A stretch of DNA of 64,000 nucleotides, taken from NCBI GenBank assembly GCA_051294905.1, contig CM119381.1:26040001-26104000 (forward strand), in the 5' to 3' direction. Of this stretch, positions 1-13,505 are shown piece after piece. The translations under genes were made by a program, and so were the position numbers. This stretch comes from Botryllus schlosseri (taxonomy: Eukaryota). Position 1 is the stretch's first letter. Each line of letters opens with the position of its first letter. The notes under the pieces are model-generated. The model was not told where the DNA came from. It saw nothing but the letters and a program-made list of their open reading frames with translations, and made no database searches.

Positions 1-3000
1 CGGTCGTAAAAATAGCTGGAGCCGAATCTAAAAACAGCATTAGTCCAGGCAAATTCATTGCTTCGGTTTTAAGCCTGTTGGTATAGGTCGAACGCAGTTG
101 GCTGATGTTGGCCCAGCCCTAATGGCTATCAGTACCACGTCGGCCTCGCCGACTTGTGACATTCGTCAAGTTGTTGACAGCAGCCACTGAATTTGTTTTG
201 GCATGAGGCGCAAATTAACTTACTTCCTAAAATACCGGAAACTAGCACAGACACCCCACAAAACATGAGAATGAACAGGACGGACGAGCGACGCGTAGTA
301 TCCCTATAAGCAGGTATTGGTTGTCTGGAATGCAAAATACAGAACAAAAGCGACTCCGAATCAATCCATCTAAAAGTTCTTCACGACTGGCAGCTCACCT
401 CAATTCGTCCAGGCATATCGGAAGAAATATACCGTACTGCATCAAACATAAAATCACGATTGGAACAGCAATGGCCACCTGTAGACATAAAGGTACGTGT
501 GAATTTACCGCATTGCAGATTTACAAAGGTACCGTAGGACATAAAGCTTGTGAATTTGCCTCGCATTACGGTGTCTACAAGATGACTGGTTGTCAAACAT
601 CAAATAAAAGGTGTGTACGCCTTTATATAGCCACATAACTTGTTTACCGCACATGCTGGTGCATGCGCAATTGCACATGAGACTCGATAATAAGACATGC
701 TCGTGAAACGGGATATGTCGACAACTACATAAATGCAATCATTACGAATTCCGGACTTTGGGTCTTTACAAACAGCCCTGCTTGAATCACAAATCTCAAA
801 ATCGACCTCCCATACCTTCACAGTTGGAGCAACAAAGAATTGTGATGGCGTGAGTAATCCAGGACACGCGTCGGTTTCATTGATCAAGGTCAATTGCGAA
901 GCATTTGGCAAGCCATCGAGCAAGTTCGTCACAGAGACCCCGAGGAACAAGAACAGAAAGAAAAGCGAAAACCTCTTCCAAAAGTGTCCGTGTATTCGTT
1001 TCGCGACGGCTAAATATAGATGTTCTCATGACATATGGGGACAATTACGACTGCGGTGAATACATAATCATAATCAGCGGTACTAGTATTTTAACCATTT
1101 CAAGGCATACGATGTACAACTGAGCAGAAGATTCAAGTTACAATGCGAGGATGTAAACAAATTGTAGGATGTCAACACGACCAAGTAGTAGGGTTACCAT
1201 ATGTCCTTCTGTTTTCAGGTTTTTGAAAATGTCATCCTTTTCGGCAATTCGTCCTCCTTTACAGCTTTTAGAGCTAAGATAGTGGATAGACTCGAGGGAA
1301 AATGGGCATAAATGACGCTAAATAGGAAATTCGTGGTTCGAGCAAAAGTGACGTCCTTTTTTTAGTCATCTAACGTAAAGAAAATTGTATTTCTGTAGTT
1401 GAGCTTGTGAGTTGACTTTTTTTAACTACAATGTCGTGGAAAATTTACCATTTTATCATTTTTTCCGGATTTTACTCCAATATTCTAAGTTTGAAAATTT
1501 TGAAAAAGTGTCCTCCTTTCCCGATTCCAAAATATCGTAACCCTACCAAGTAGCCGATCAATCCAATATGAACTTCGGCCTAATGTGAGATCAGTGCTTT
1601 TCAACCTATTTGAGAACCATATGCACTTTTATTTTTGCGAGAATTCCAACCGCAAAAACTCGCCGAAATTATATTACACAAAATCAAAAAAAAAACGAGT
1701 TAGCTTTATTTCGTTTAAATTTTCAGCAACTATTTAACCGGTTACAATCAATGCTGCTGGATATTTCTGGCGATTTCAGAGCGGTTAAGCACAACTTCTA
1801 GCTCCAAATCTCCCCGCTTTTCGTCATCAAGTGTCTCATCAAGAGAGCAACTCTTTTAAAACTCGTTTTGATGTCAACTATAGTGCATTAAGGCCCTTTC
1901 GGCCAAATAAGTTCTGGGTTTTTGTACGAGAACTTTTATATCTTTATATCCGCTTTTAAACCAGACTTTTGATTACGTAATAATATTAGTGTCCGGATAT
2001 AATTTCAGTTCGGTTGGTGCGAGGCTAAATTATTGTAAAAGTTACAATTAGCGTCTCGTCGTAAGTCCAGCAATTTTCTACCAATTTTACCACGACAGAA
2101 GTTAGTGAGGCACCGATTTTAATATCCTTTGAAGTTTATCATATTATTGCACGCCTGAAAATGTAATAGAACATGTGCACAATTTTCATCCGCACTACAA
2201 TTTTTCATTCGCGACCACGGATTAAGAAATTGTTCTTATATGTACAGAAATATTTGCCCTTATGCGTTAGACGGTGGATGCTTATCTCGTGGATAAGTGA
2301 TAAAAGCTTATTGATACATACTTCCTTTCCAAGCTATAGAAGTATACTTCTACCTGAAGTGGTTTGAGCATGTTACGACAATCGTTATATCTACTCCTAC
2401 GTGAGGAAACTCTACACTTCTACAGCATCAATCCTACCTTGGAGTATAGCCTAGTACAGGGGTGGGCAAACTTTTGAGCTCGCGGGCCGCATTCAACATT
2501 TGAATCCATTCGCGGGCCGCACTATATAAAATTAGGATTATTAACCAAAACGCAGCATTGGTATTTGATTATATAGTGAGGACATGGGGATAATATATAT
2601 GCTTATTTAAAACAATCCAAACATTGCTTTGATGATATCGTACACGCGTCAGACACAGTGACGAGATTTCATAGGCTGGTCGACCTCAATAACCAATTTG
2701 TTAAAACTATAGAGATGGAAGACGGTTGTCCTGATTCTTAGATCAGAATTGAAATTTATATCTGTGAGCAGCGATCTGTTCATAGATTGACTAATTCCAC
2801 TTTGGTTCAGTTCGAGGACATACAATGCTGGCAGCATTCATAACCATGTTAGCTTCAAACACGCTTCTACCATATGTTTGGTTAAAACATGAATACCATA
2901 ATTTTACGCATACAGAGAACGAATCTACCTAAGACACGGGCGAATCGTTTTTTATAAGCACATCACTGAAATAATTAAAACTGGAGCGGTCAATCTGAAA

Positions 3001-5381
3001 TCACACTCGTAATCCGAATTATGTCAATCTCGATTAGGATTTCTGTGATGTTTAGAAGCTGCAACCTTTCAAACTGCGTGGGACTTGAGATCGGGATGTA
3101 CCGCCAGATATTAAACATAAAAAATAATATAGGAAGTATTTACAATAGAACAGTGGTTCTCAAACTTTTTAAGACCCCCTCTTATGATGGTAAAAGATTC
3201 CGCGCCCCCCTCATATCGTCATATCACGAAACGAAACCAGGATGCTAGCAATCCTAACTGGTAGTTTGATGGCATGGAAGGTTACGACTGTAGATGACTG
3301 TAAATGCAAAGCAATAATTATTAATGAGATATTAATCGCGCGGAGCGCGAAAAATTTTTTCCGTTGATCTCAGCTTCGCGCCTCCTTTCAGATGCTTTCA
3401 CGCCCCCAAGGGGGTGCGCCCCCAGTTTGAGATTCACTGCCTTACAATTATCATGGTGAAATATACTAAGAAAAAGTTTAATCAAGTCCCTGCAATAATG
3501 CGACTTTTAATACGCATTTGATCAATATTTTTAGTAAGTTTCTTTAGAATCTCGCGGGCCGCACAGAACGGTGTGGAGGGCCGCATGCGGCCCGCGGGCC
3601 GTAGTTTGCCCACCCCTGGCCTAGTAGGATCATTGACTATTTTGACCTCCTCTGCTCGCAAAATTGGCAGTGATTCGGAACCGATTTCTATTTGAATACT
3701 GAACAGACGGCCCCTTGTCCTGTATTGCATACGAGAATCTACGAGTTAAACAGTCAATTTGAACTTGCCTTCCATGTTGATCGAGTGTCTTTCTTGGTAG
3801 CCAACGTGGGATCCTGTTAACACAATAATTGGACAATGTCTTATGCAGCGAAGGATGTTGGGTGCTTGTTATCGCGAGTTTCGTATACATTCTGATTAAA
3901 ATATATATTGCGTCGTTTATCGATATAGCCTACACTCGCTCTCCGGTATTTACACAACAATCCCAGATTAACTATTATTACTATTATATATATTATTATA
4001 TCATTTTACTATCATTCTCAGATCCCGTGGTTCGTATGGGCCGATATATACTCAATTGTAGGCCTACAATGTTTCATAAAGATAATGTGCTGCACAATGT
4101 AAATATACAGCTTGAATTTTCACAAAATATATTTTATGCCTATACCTGTTTTGATCGTCGTAGGATTTATCGTCATGAATTTGATGTTGTCCGCTCGAAT
4201 ATGCAGAGTTTTGAGCTGCAATTACAACGAAATAAGAACAGAAATTGGTTAAAGTACAACCGAGCCATTGTAATAAAGATGAAATGTCTTAGCCCGGGCT
4301 GTGGATTCAGTATCAGTTTTATTAAAGATTTAATAAATTCAAAGCACCACAAGACTGCGATACAATGAAAAGACAGGAATATATCAATACGACTTGGAGC
4401 AGTCTTGGAAATCAGACACCCACCTGGGTCTAGAGGCGATGTAAGTAAGTGTCATGCACACTGGATGGAAAGAAATAAGGGATAACATAACAGTCGGTTC
4501 ACTTTACCCCCGCTTTCGACTCTGAATATGCATAGTTCACTACACCGTCTCCACACACCGATTCCGACTCCAATATTGTACAAGTTGACTTATGGAATCA
4601 TATGGCATTGTACGCGACAATTGAATGATGTCCATGGATCCATTGAAGATTTGCATAATATTACTGATGGCAGCATGGCACGTCCATTTGTTTCATTGTG
4701 GCGCTGCCCGAAACCTCCACTATTCGTATCAATGTAAAGTAATGTTTGGAAAGATTTGCATCAATTTGACGAGTCATCTTACGTCAGCAACGCGGCGATG
4801 CAACCACCGTTTTACGAAAAACGCATATATTTCAATGATTGCGCGCGTTTGTGGCTCGATCTCTAGTAATTCTGATTTAGTCGGGTGCGTTTGCGACTGT
4901 GCGAGTGTGCGTGCATATCAAACAGTATCTTTAGCCTACGTTTATCAAGAATGTTAATAATGACACTAACAAATATTGTCTACTGCTTCCATGATACAAA
5001 CACAATAACACATCATATTTCATTTACTATTGAGAGCTGTCGCTTTGGGAGTCACTAGCATTTTAACAAACTCCGTGCTCGACTCCAACCAGTAACGTGT
5101 CCAGTGTCCACCAATCCGACGTGAAATATCTGTGACTCGTAGGCTAAAGTATCAAGAGAAAAAATAGCGAAACTACTAATCCACAGCCCTGGTCGTAGCG
5201 ACATTTATTATATTCTCACTTCTGTAGATGTTCGGTGCTTTTCCCTCTTCTCACTCACTGTAAACAATCGTTCGACATATTAACCAAACCCGCCAAAGCA
5301 ACGGTGTAAAAACAGTTACCGTAGTCGGCAATTAGCAAGAAGATAGACACGGCGAACGCGATTCGCAATTGATATGCTTGT
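1..5381 (-). CDS. Probable multi-exon membrane-protein gene running off the left edge; family unassigned
   Basis: Candidate exons with AG/GT boundaries: 5381-5320 (RQAYQLRIAFAVSIFLLIADY), 1009-~746 (AVAKRIHGHFWKRFSLFFLFLFLGVSVTNLLDGLPNASQLTLINETDACPG..., a hydrophobic helix followed by a Cys/N-glycan-sequon loop), an exon ending at 399 (donor GTGAGC), 303-224 (donor GTAAGT), 74-1. Two frame parses of the 574-224 exons are possible, so the protein is uncertain. Confidence 0.45.
1189..1545. mobile_element. hAT-type MITE, 357 bp
   Basis: TIR TAGGGTTACCATAT / ATATCGTAACCCTA; perfect 8-bp TSD CCAAGTAG (1181-1188, 1546-1553). Confidence 0.9.
2457..3618. mobile_element. hAT (Charlie-like) non-autonomous element, 1162 bp
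   Basis: TIR CAGGGGTGGGCAAAC / GTTTGCCCACCCCTG; subterminal GCGGGCCGC motifs; perfect 8-bp TSD GCCTAGTA. Confidence 0.92.
3151..3439. mobile_element. CAGTG-type hAT MITE nested in the 2457-3618 element
   Basis: Ends CAGTGGTTCTCAAAC / GTTTGAGATTCACTG; no clear TSD. Confidence 0.65.
4332..4485 (+). repeat. Copy of dispersed ~270-bp retroposon-like repeat (RTE-LINE 3'-end-like)
   Basis: CACCACAAGACTGCGATACAATGAAAAGACAGGAA...CAGACACCCACC shared with 7474-7562, 10447-10605 and, in reverse, 13379-13505 and 35158-36135. Confidence 0.75.
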
Positions 5382-7473
5382 CTGATGAAATATACAAGAT
5401 CACCATTAGCAGGCTAGCTCTTATCCCCGCATGCGAGGATAGGAGGAAGTGGCCGGTGAGGGTGAAAATGTCGTTCGTAAGACCAGCTGGTGTTCGTGGT
5501 CGCGCGTAAGTTCTGGCTTGGCAGCTTTAACGGTATTTCAAGTGCAACGACGGTTTTGCCTCAGACGTATATTTCGGTAATTCTCAATATCGGTAGGTAT
5601 AGCATTATGAGTCTCTGGCGATACGATAGACCGATTCACTTTTATATCAAGCCACTCGACCGTGTGGAAATGGGTGTACTCTTGTCTGCCTTGAAAACGA
5701 ATGACACATCCCGGACTTCTAGATATCCCTGATGAGTTACGTGTATAGGTCTTGCACTATATCACTTCAAGCCAGGTGGAATACATCATACATGGTTATC
5801 TAATATGAGATATAACAGAAACTCACCTTATACTATTTGTGGAATCGGAAAGCCACGTAGAGTTGAATATGTCAAATATCGATCGGTAGTATATCGATGA
5901 GGCTAAAATTAGATCTCTTTAATGAACTGGGTATAGAGAAGATAAAATTAACATCACAGTACTTAATGTGACTAATAATCGAGTTATGTTGCTATTTAGG
6001 AGTTTAAGACATTTATCATCGCAGTAGATCGCAGATACGGGTCAATTTCATAAAGGAACATGAACACAGGTACATTTCATTTATGAAGTCCGTAAATTCG
6101 GCGTGCAGCATGCGTTTACTGTTTGACTCACCTATGACAGCATCCATGACAAAAATGCAAATGATCGCATTGTAGCTTCGTTTTCCACCTCCAAGGTATT
6201 TGGTGATAATGGTCTGCCAAGTACAACGACGTCACCTAACATACACTGTACAACAGGGCCACTCAAATATTTTTAGCAAAGGTCCATAACGGTCCGAATT
6301 TTTTCGTATCACGATAATGTGCGCGCGAGATTTTTCACTATCACCAAAGGGAGCGTATGTCTAAAATGTTTGAGAGCAGGGCGTCTATAGTTATCAGTAT
6401 ACCCATGAACCAGGTGTGGTGGCTATAGGCCATTGGCTATACTTCCAATCTGATGCGTGTTCGTTTACTATCATTTATCTGTGCATCCGTATATAATGTC
6501 TTTGTTCAAGGCCTCTTGGTCGCTGGAGACAGGGGAAAGACATATAAGACAGAATATGATTTCATTGAAATTGACTCTGCGATGCATCATAGTCAATTCA
6601 GAGAGGTCAGACACTGAAACAGGTCAAAGTCTTCCCAATAATGCGACGAGGCAGCCGATCGATGATTATGTAATCTCTTTAGTCAGATATATTATTCAAA
6701 TTCAGAAATGTACGCCTTATACTTACGAAGTAATTGGCGCACTCAATACCTTTCCCCTGTGGAGCCATCTTGCGTAGCATGATGAGCGAATTGCTAGTCG
6801 TATACACCTCCATTATCACGATGAGGCTGCGAAGATAACAAATAGCTTTTCTTATTGGTTACATTACAATTAGGAATGCATATAATAGTATTGTGACTGT
6901 CAAGAATTATTTGTTAAGGCTTGGGGTGTTCAGACACTGTTCGTTCAAGTGTTCAACTTGCCACGTCTGGTAAAAAGCTGATGCTGTTAAGAACACTACA
7001 ATAATGGTAATAAACCCAAGACCAGTTCAAAACATCCGTGACTGCAATCACAACTCCTCTAAGAATTTTACTTACCAAAACAAGACGATCCCTGACATTC
7101 CGACTGCGTAAGGTATAAGAAATATGCCACCTCCAATGGCATGCGATATCAATTTCCATAGCCAATCGTAACTGTCCTGTATTGGAACGCCGAACTTGAG
7201 TTTACAGCCATGCCATGCGAAGTTTGACGTGGGATCTCGAGTTCTATCGGAAATTTAGTTGTATTTCTTACAGGCCTACATATTGGTTGAGTTTGAAACT
7301 ATTTTTGGTCTGGGCGGCTCAATCCAGATCACTGAGTGCCGCGTAAATGGGCGTTAAGGCCCAACTATGCGGCTACAGTCCATTGGTCCATTGGTCCAGT
7401 ACAAGCATTCGATGGTAAAAAATATTGATATCAATTCAATTTCAATTTAATTTATTGTTAACAAATTCATTAA

Positions 7474-7562
7474 TTTCAATACACCACAAGACTGCGATAC
7501 AATGAAAGATAGGAACGTGTCGAAACGACTTGGAGTATAGTCTTCGAAATCAGACACCCACC
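7474..7562 (+). repeat. Partial copy of the RTE-tail-like repeat
   Basis: ACACCACAAGACTGCGATACAATGAAAGATAGGAA...TCAGACACCCACC. Confidence 0.75.
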
Positions 7563-8586
7563 TTTCTATCTCCGATGGTAATTTCACGAGACTATCACAA
7601 TGGCGAGAAATTCGAGAGTTCTATTGTAATATAGCTGGATCAAGAGTCAACAAACTATTTGAAGTTATTTTACTGATCAAAATTGTAACAGCGAGCTAAC
7701 CTTTTTTGGATCTTGACGATCGCCGACTACTATTTCGTCCATATTCTCTGTATTCATTTCACAAACTTCGTGTTCTGGACGTTAAATGTTCAGCCTGTTC
7801 ACGGCGTTGCCATACTATTGGTATGATCGTAGTACAGCAGGCGACAAGTAACTATTCTCTAACTACTCCTGGTACACTAAATCAGCACAGGTAAACTGCA
7901 GCCATTCGCCTCGTCGGTCGTTTTGAACTGATGAAGATAAAGGAATAACCATATAAAATGCTGTAAAATGTGGATCAAAATTTGCCAAATCAGACATTCG
8001 CAAGTACAAACAACAGTTTCTCGGGACTTGCAGAATGCAGAGCTTTAAAACCGTCTGTTAATTAAGTGTAATTAGATAAGCCCTCATACAATGACACAAG
8101 CGTGTTCTCATGTAGGCCTACACCTGTCATCTGCACTATAAACAAGAAAAACTGCACAGCTCAACGATAGTAGCTATAAGACTTTCTACATCGATTCTTG
8201 AGTCTTGGCTGGTCGCGCCACTATAATGGATTAATAATTGCGAATTCGTGTGTCCCGATATAAACCTGTCACCTGCTGGTTTGCGAGATATAGCATCAGG
8301 CTGGTGAAATTTCTGAAAACCAACCAAACAATGGCAATAGTTACAGACTCACAGGTACAGTTGGTTGTCTCGCTAATCTGGCATGGGATGTTCGGATTCC
8401 GTGAACACAGCAAATCGTCAAGATGATTTGTTAATAACGGGTATAGTCATAGAAACGATAGGCCTATCATCGAACGCGAAAATGTTCAACATTGTTACAC
8501 GTTCAAAGTCCGGTCCGCGATCAGACGTACCTACAGCTTTTATACAGCATCAAGAGACCTGGCCACCGCGGTTAGTAGGTCAGGTG

Positions 8587-9006
8587 TAGAGGTCGACCGA
8601 TTATCGGCTTGGCCGATTATCGGCGCCGATATTTGGAACTTTCTCGAATATCGGTATCGGCCAATCTAGGCCGATATCGCGACCGATATTTTATATCTAA
8701 CTACAATCTACCTTTTCTGAACTGATCTGCAATTCTGTATCATGTTTTGATTTTCGGGTTATCCCAAATTTCAACGAATGTTCACAATTAAGCAATAAGT
8801 CTTTTCGATTTCAGTTTTCTCGTTTGTTGTTCATCTTTCTGTGGCATGAACAAGTGCCACTTCGCCTAATATATGATATTTTTGGCGAAATAGTTCTCTG
8901 CTCCTTCCATATTAATATCGGCCTATGATATCGGTTATCGGCCTTGTGAGCGTCGAAATATCGGTATCGGTATCGGCCTGTAAAAATCAATATCGGTCGA
9001 CCTCTA
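8587..9006. mobile_element. hAT-type MITE, 420 bp
   Basis: TIR TAGAGGTCGACCGAT / ATCGGTCGACCTCTA; many ATCGG/CCGAT subterminal repeats; perfect TSD GTCAGGTG. Confidence 0.92.
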
Positions 9007-10446
9007 GTCAGGTGTGCTGCGTTCTGGATATACCTCCCGTTTCACGTACCATATGCGCTTTGATGATGACTGCTTTGAGGTCAGAGGATCAGATTTTTGT
9101 CGTCTGAACCATCGAGTGCTTGACGATGAAGATGCGATACAACCTTTGTGTAGTCTAGTCCAGTGATTCTCAACCTTTTTGACCTCGCGGACCTGTAAAA
9201 CTTCGAAAGCAAATGTTGCGGACCGGTGAATTACCTTCAAAAATCAAAATCAACCATAAATTTAATTACAACAAATGTGTATGCAACTCATATGTAATAA
9301 TTTAATGCTGCCCTTCTGATTATAGATATTCATGGTTATATTGAAGTTTATGCGAGGCAAAAATTGATTGTGATTGTTCGGTGTCCTCTGAAAGAAATGG
9401 TACTTGGCTGTTTGCTAAAGCCTCTAGCTAGGGAGAGAGGCCTACAATAGGGTTACATTTAAAACAAACATTGTTTCAAAACACTTTGTTTAAAAAACAT
9501 GTTTAGCAGCCCTAGTGCTGCTGTTAACCTTGTTATTATGGTATCTGTAGTCATGATCTGTGCGCGTGATTTCTTGCAGCCATTAGATTCGCCTTTTTGT
9601 GGGCTGGACGTCGTGCTGGCCGGTTGTTTCACCGCCGGCTTAAGACCAGTTTATGTTGTTGTGTCGATACGTTGCAGTTTGCGTGTGAAGCTTGGTAATA
9701 AATCATTACTAAGCCGAAGACCGGTTCGTTACATATGTTTTAAACAAATGACTTTTTGAAAGAACAAAATTTTTTTTTCTCAAACGTTGTCTAATTATGC
9801 CATAATTGTGTAAATACGTCCGAAAAACCATGTAGTGAGAGCCTACGAACGATTTGCACCCAAAATAGTCGACTGGTACGATGTGGGGTGGCTGAAGCCC
9901 TAGAAATCGTCGTCGGTTAAACAGATTTTGCACGTAGATATAGATCATTGGTACGGAATGGGCGTTCTGATGATGACGACCGCCGACTGTTAAAATGCTG
10001 CAAAACGATTTAGTCCTGGTTACAGATGTTTTTGGTCTGTTTACGGCAGTGATCGGAAGCCCTTTTCGTCGATATATATTTGCCCTATATTTACCCTATA
10101 TTTTCAATTGTCAATGACAACCCACTGTGACGTCACAATTAAATATTCGTGACGTCGTGGCTAAAAATACAGTAAAACATGTTTTAAACAAGGGCCTTGT
10201 TTTGAATATGTTTGTTTTAAATTGATTTTTGTTTTAAATGCAACCCTAGATATGCAATATGTTTTCTTTTAAGAAAAAAAAATAATGTCCTCTCTTTTTG
10301 CTATGAGTGTAAGCGTGACTTTGACTATAGAGCAACTTCTTCTGGAACCGCTACGGATGCTGTTAACTAAAAATAGGTCAACCAAACGAAAACTGTAGGT
10401 GGAAACCAAGATCCAGGTACCGACGCAGAAAGTTCAATTTCATCAC

Positions 10447-10605
10447 TTCAATACCCCATAAGACTGCTATACAATGAAAAGATAGGAATATGGTGTCGAA
10501 ACGACTCGGAATAGTCTTTGAAATTAAATGCCCACCTGGCCTATAGGCGATGTAAAAAGGAGACATGCACACTGAATGAAAAGTAAAAGAAGATGGCATA
10601 AAACA
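10447..10605 (+). repeat. Copy of the RTE-tail-like repeat
   Basis: CCATAAGACTGCTATACAATGAAAAGATAGGAA...GCCCACCTGGCCTATAGGCGATGTAA...CATGCACACTGAATGAAAAGTAAAAGAAGATGGC. Confidence 0.75.
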
Positions 10606-11342
10606 GGGGATCTCAAACGTTTTGCACCGCGACCCAAATGTGAGTTTTATTGGCATCTCGCGAGTCGCGACCCAAAGCCTAGCATATGAAAATATATGCA
10701 TTTTTAATGTTAGATACTACGTTTTATGGACATGTATGAAATATAAAAGGTCGACATAATCAGTTGTTCAAAACGCAGATCTATGAAACACGTGTGACGC
10801 CGGTGTTTTCGAATTGGGGTAAATTGTTCTCTTCGGTGAGTCGCATTTGCGCTGAAGGGCTCGGATTGCAAGGACCATTTCGTCGACCGGACATATCAAT
10901 ATCGAGGGTTTTATCGCCGCCGATCTTTTTTGCACCGCACTTGGCCAAAACGTATGTTGGCCAAAACTTCGTGTCTTCCTGTGTTCTGGTGCGGAGAGGG
11001 TCAGCCCAGAAATGCCTGTGTCTAATAGTCTCGCATCCGCAGCATATTGCCACCCCTAGACTGAAGCATCCAAACGGTCTACGACGGCGTTAAGCGATAC
11101 CAGGAATTTACCGTTCTTGACCAATTGCGAATACGGTTAGAATTATTTCTTTGAATTATGCGCATTTAAAAAACTATGGGGTGCCGAAGTTATGGCCCCT
11201 TTCTCCCTCTTCCATATCCGAGTATTACCCGCGCAAGTTAGAGCTTTCCAAAGAAGCCAATGTCAGACAAATCTTATTCATGATATCCAGGACCGTGACA
11301 GCAGCACCCCAAACCCCCCAATTGGGGGGAGGCGAGCCCGAA

Positions 11343-11779
11343 GGTTCCATACTGTTACCGAGAATGCTATTACAGAGATGGACATTACCAAGAATGCTAT
11401 TACCGAGAATGAACATTACCGAGAACGGACATTACCGAGAATGGACATTACCGAGAACGGACATTACCGAGAATGGACATTACCGAGAATGGCCAATGCC
11501 AAGAATCTAGCTTAATGTAACGTACATTGTCGAGAAATTTATACCTGAGAATCGATACCGAATGTGGCAACGCCGTGATTCACACACACGACATGGTCAT
11601 ATGCATAACATGCCCGCATTGCATATATTGCATTCTCGGTGTTGTCCATTCTCGGTGGTGTCCATTCTCGGTAATGTCCATTCTCGGTATTGTTCATTCT
11701 CGGTAATGTCCATTCTCGGTATTGTCCTTCTCGGTAATAGCATTCTCGGTAATAGCATTCTCGGTATTGACCGGACACC
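11343..11779. mobile_element. Mutator-like / foldback MITE, 437 bp, with inverted 16-bp tandem arrays
   Basis: GG...CC termini; 9-bp TSD GAGCCCGAA (11334-11342, 11780-11788); left arm has tandem ACATTACCGAGAATGG and right arm its reverse complement. Confidence 0.88.
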
Positions 11780-12310
11780 GAGCCCGAAGGAGGCCCAAAA
11801 TCATTTCGTGAATTAGCATAAATTATAGGTTTTTTTGAAAATTTATGCAGCTTTAAAGGATAAATTTTCGCGCTACGCGCGATTCAATGTTACCAAATGT
11901 CTGGGTTATTGGGTACTCTCCTCCCAAAAAGAATAATTACCCATTTCGGTGTCGTCCGTTACCGCGACACGACACACCAAGACATATACAGTTTTAGGCC
12001 ATGTAGCATGCGACTCCAAGAAGTGTGCCGGAACGATCGGCTGCGAGAAAACCTGGGCCGAAAAGGACTGCCCATTGGGCTCGAAAGTCATGTGACTTGT
12101 GGTTCGCCGGGGCCCAACATTTATCTTAGATAGCCGCTTCCTGTGTTAATTTGCGATATTGGTCTGTTTTCAATTCGTATTTTTTGTCTCAGTGAGGTCG
12201 TTTGAAGTACACTTCTGGGTTCTATGTTATCTTCGTAGACTTTTTTGCTAGTTTCAGGACTTATAGATACTATAACTAGGTAGGTTTATGTTGTTTTGCA
12301 GCCGCGCAAA

Positions 12311-12463
12311 ATGCCAGGGTGTAACGTGCCAATTTGTTATAATGAATGAGAAAACAATTCGGAGTAGTCTTTCCATCGACTTCTGAATTGCCAGAAAACG
12401 ACAGGAAAGTGACTGAAATTTATAATCGAGTCTTTACAGCAGGACAGCCGCATGTGATAACTT
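12311..12463 (+). pseudogene. Degenerate THAP zinc-finger coding remnant
   Basis: MPGCNVPICYNE*ENNSE*SFHRLLNCQKTTGK*LKFI...DSRM* matches THAP MPxCxVPxCxN...SFHRxP...WL..I...RxC, with stops at the conserved W (TGA) and C; acceptor-like TTTTGCAG 9 nt upstream. Confidence 0.6.
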
Positions 12464-13378
12464 CGTTGGCCTCTAAATTATAGCGTCTGGTACAGGCATC
12501 GCATGATTTGCCTGTTATCTCTACTTGTGCTATTGTTATGTCATACTGGCTTAAGAGTGACAGCGTGACATTGAATAACTTTGAATCTGTACAATTGGCC
12601 AAGAACAGACTCGAACAGACGTAATTGCTTAGCGCTAATACTAAAACATCAGAAGATGTGTGCCGAGTTATCAAAAGATACCACAGGCCTGAATCACGTG
12701 AAATTGGAGCCATTACATAACAGATTCCACAGCACACATCAATTGCATTAGTTTGTGAAATAGTTCATCGTCACCGACGTTGCGTATTCGATTGTTCGCG
12801 CCCGTGTTGGTGAATAGTTGATATTGAAGCGAGACGGCGGAATCGCTAATTAACCGCTGGACTCGATGATAAGCTTACGGGTAGCCTACTTAAACGCGTA
12901 AATGCGTCAACACGATGAAGCTTGTCCCATCCATGTATTATGCTGGACAGTTAGTGATTTACGCACGTACTTAATGGTATTAAATTGATGCTAACTTGGT
13001 AAATTTGAAACAATTTTCAACCCTCTCTTTTTATTCAATTTCAAACCCCTCCCTTTTTCCTCTGGCCACCCCATGTAAAAATATAATTCGGCGCCTATGT
13101 CAGTCACTATGCTCATACTATATAGGAACCCCTGGTATAAAACGACAGTTGACAAAAAGAGGTGGATCGTAAAATATGGCAACCATATTATACTGGCAAG
13201 TATGTCGCTTAATTTCACAGTTAGAATTCAACGAAGTTTGTTTAGCACTTTTCGAACGGCCACGCGACTTTCAATGAATTTGATATCATGCTTGATTTGG
13301 AATTGAGGTAGTGAATGGCGATGGCTGGATACAGGATGCGGATTCGAACACATTTCAAGCTCAATCAGCATCAATGAA

Positions 13379-13505
13379 TACTAGTCCGTCCTCGAGATTA
13401 CCGGACCACGACCTGACCCATCGATCTCGCCTTCCGTGACATGCCATCTCATTTTTGTCGCTTGCTTTTTTATGCCATCTTCTTTTACTTTTCATTCAGT
13501 GTTCA
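13379..13505 (-). repeat. Partial reverse copy of the RTE-tail-like repeat
   Basis: GTCCGTCCTCGAGATTACCGGACCACGACCTGACCCATCGATCTCG matches 35426 onward. Confidence 0.75.

Noticed and set aside
3684-3700. TTTCTATTTGAATA resembling the Ciona spliced-leader exon (also a weaker match at ~63388)
   Set aside because: No following GT donor or Sm site; short AT-rich match expected by chance.
3829-4368. 179-aa Tyr/Ile-rich ORF with TTG start
   Set aside because: Low-complexity AT-rich sequence running into a repeat; no domain.
11361-11766. CRISPR-like regular repeats
   Set aside because: 16-bp head-to-tail units with no spacers, in a eukaryotic context with no cas genes.
11151-11816. Repetitive ORFs (ITENGHYREWTLPRM...)
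   Set aside because: Translation of the 16-bp arrays inside a foldback transposon.
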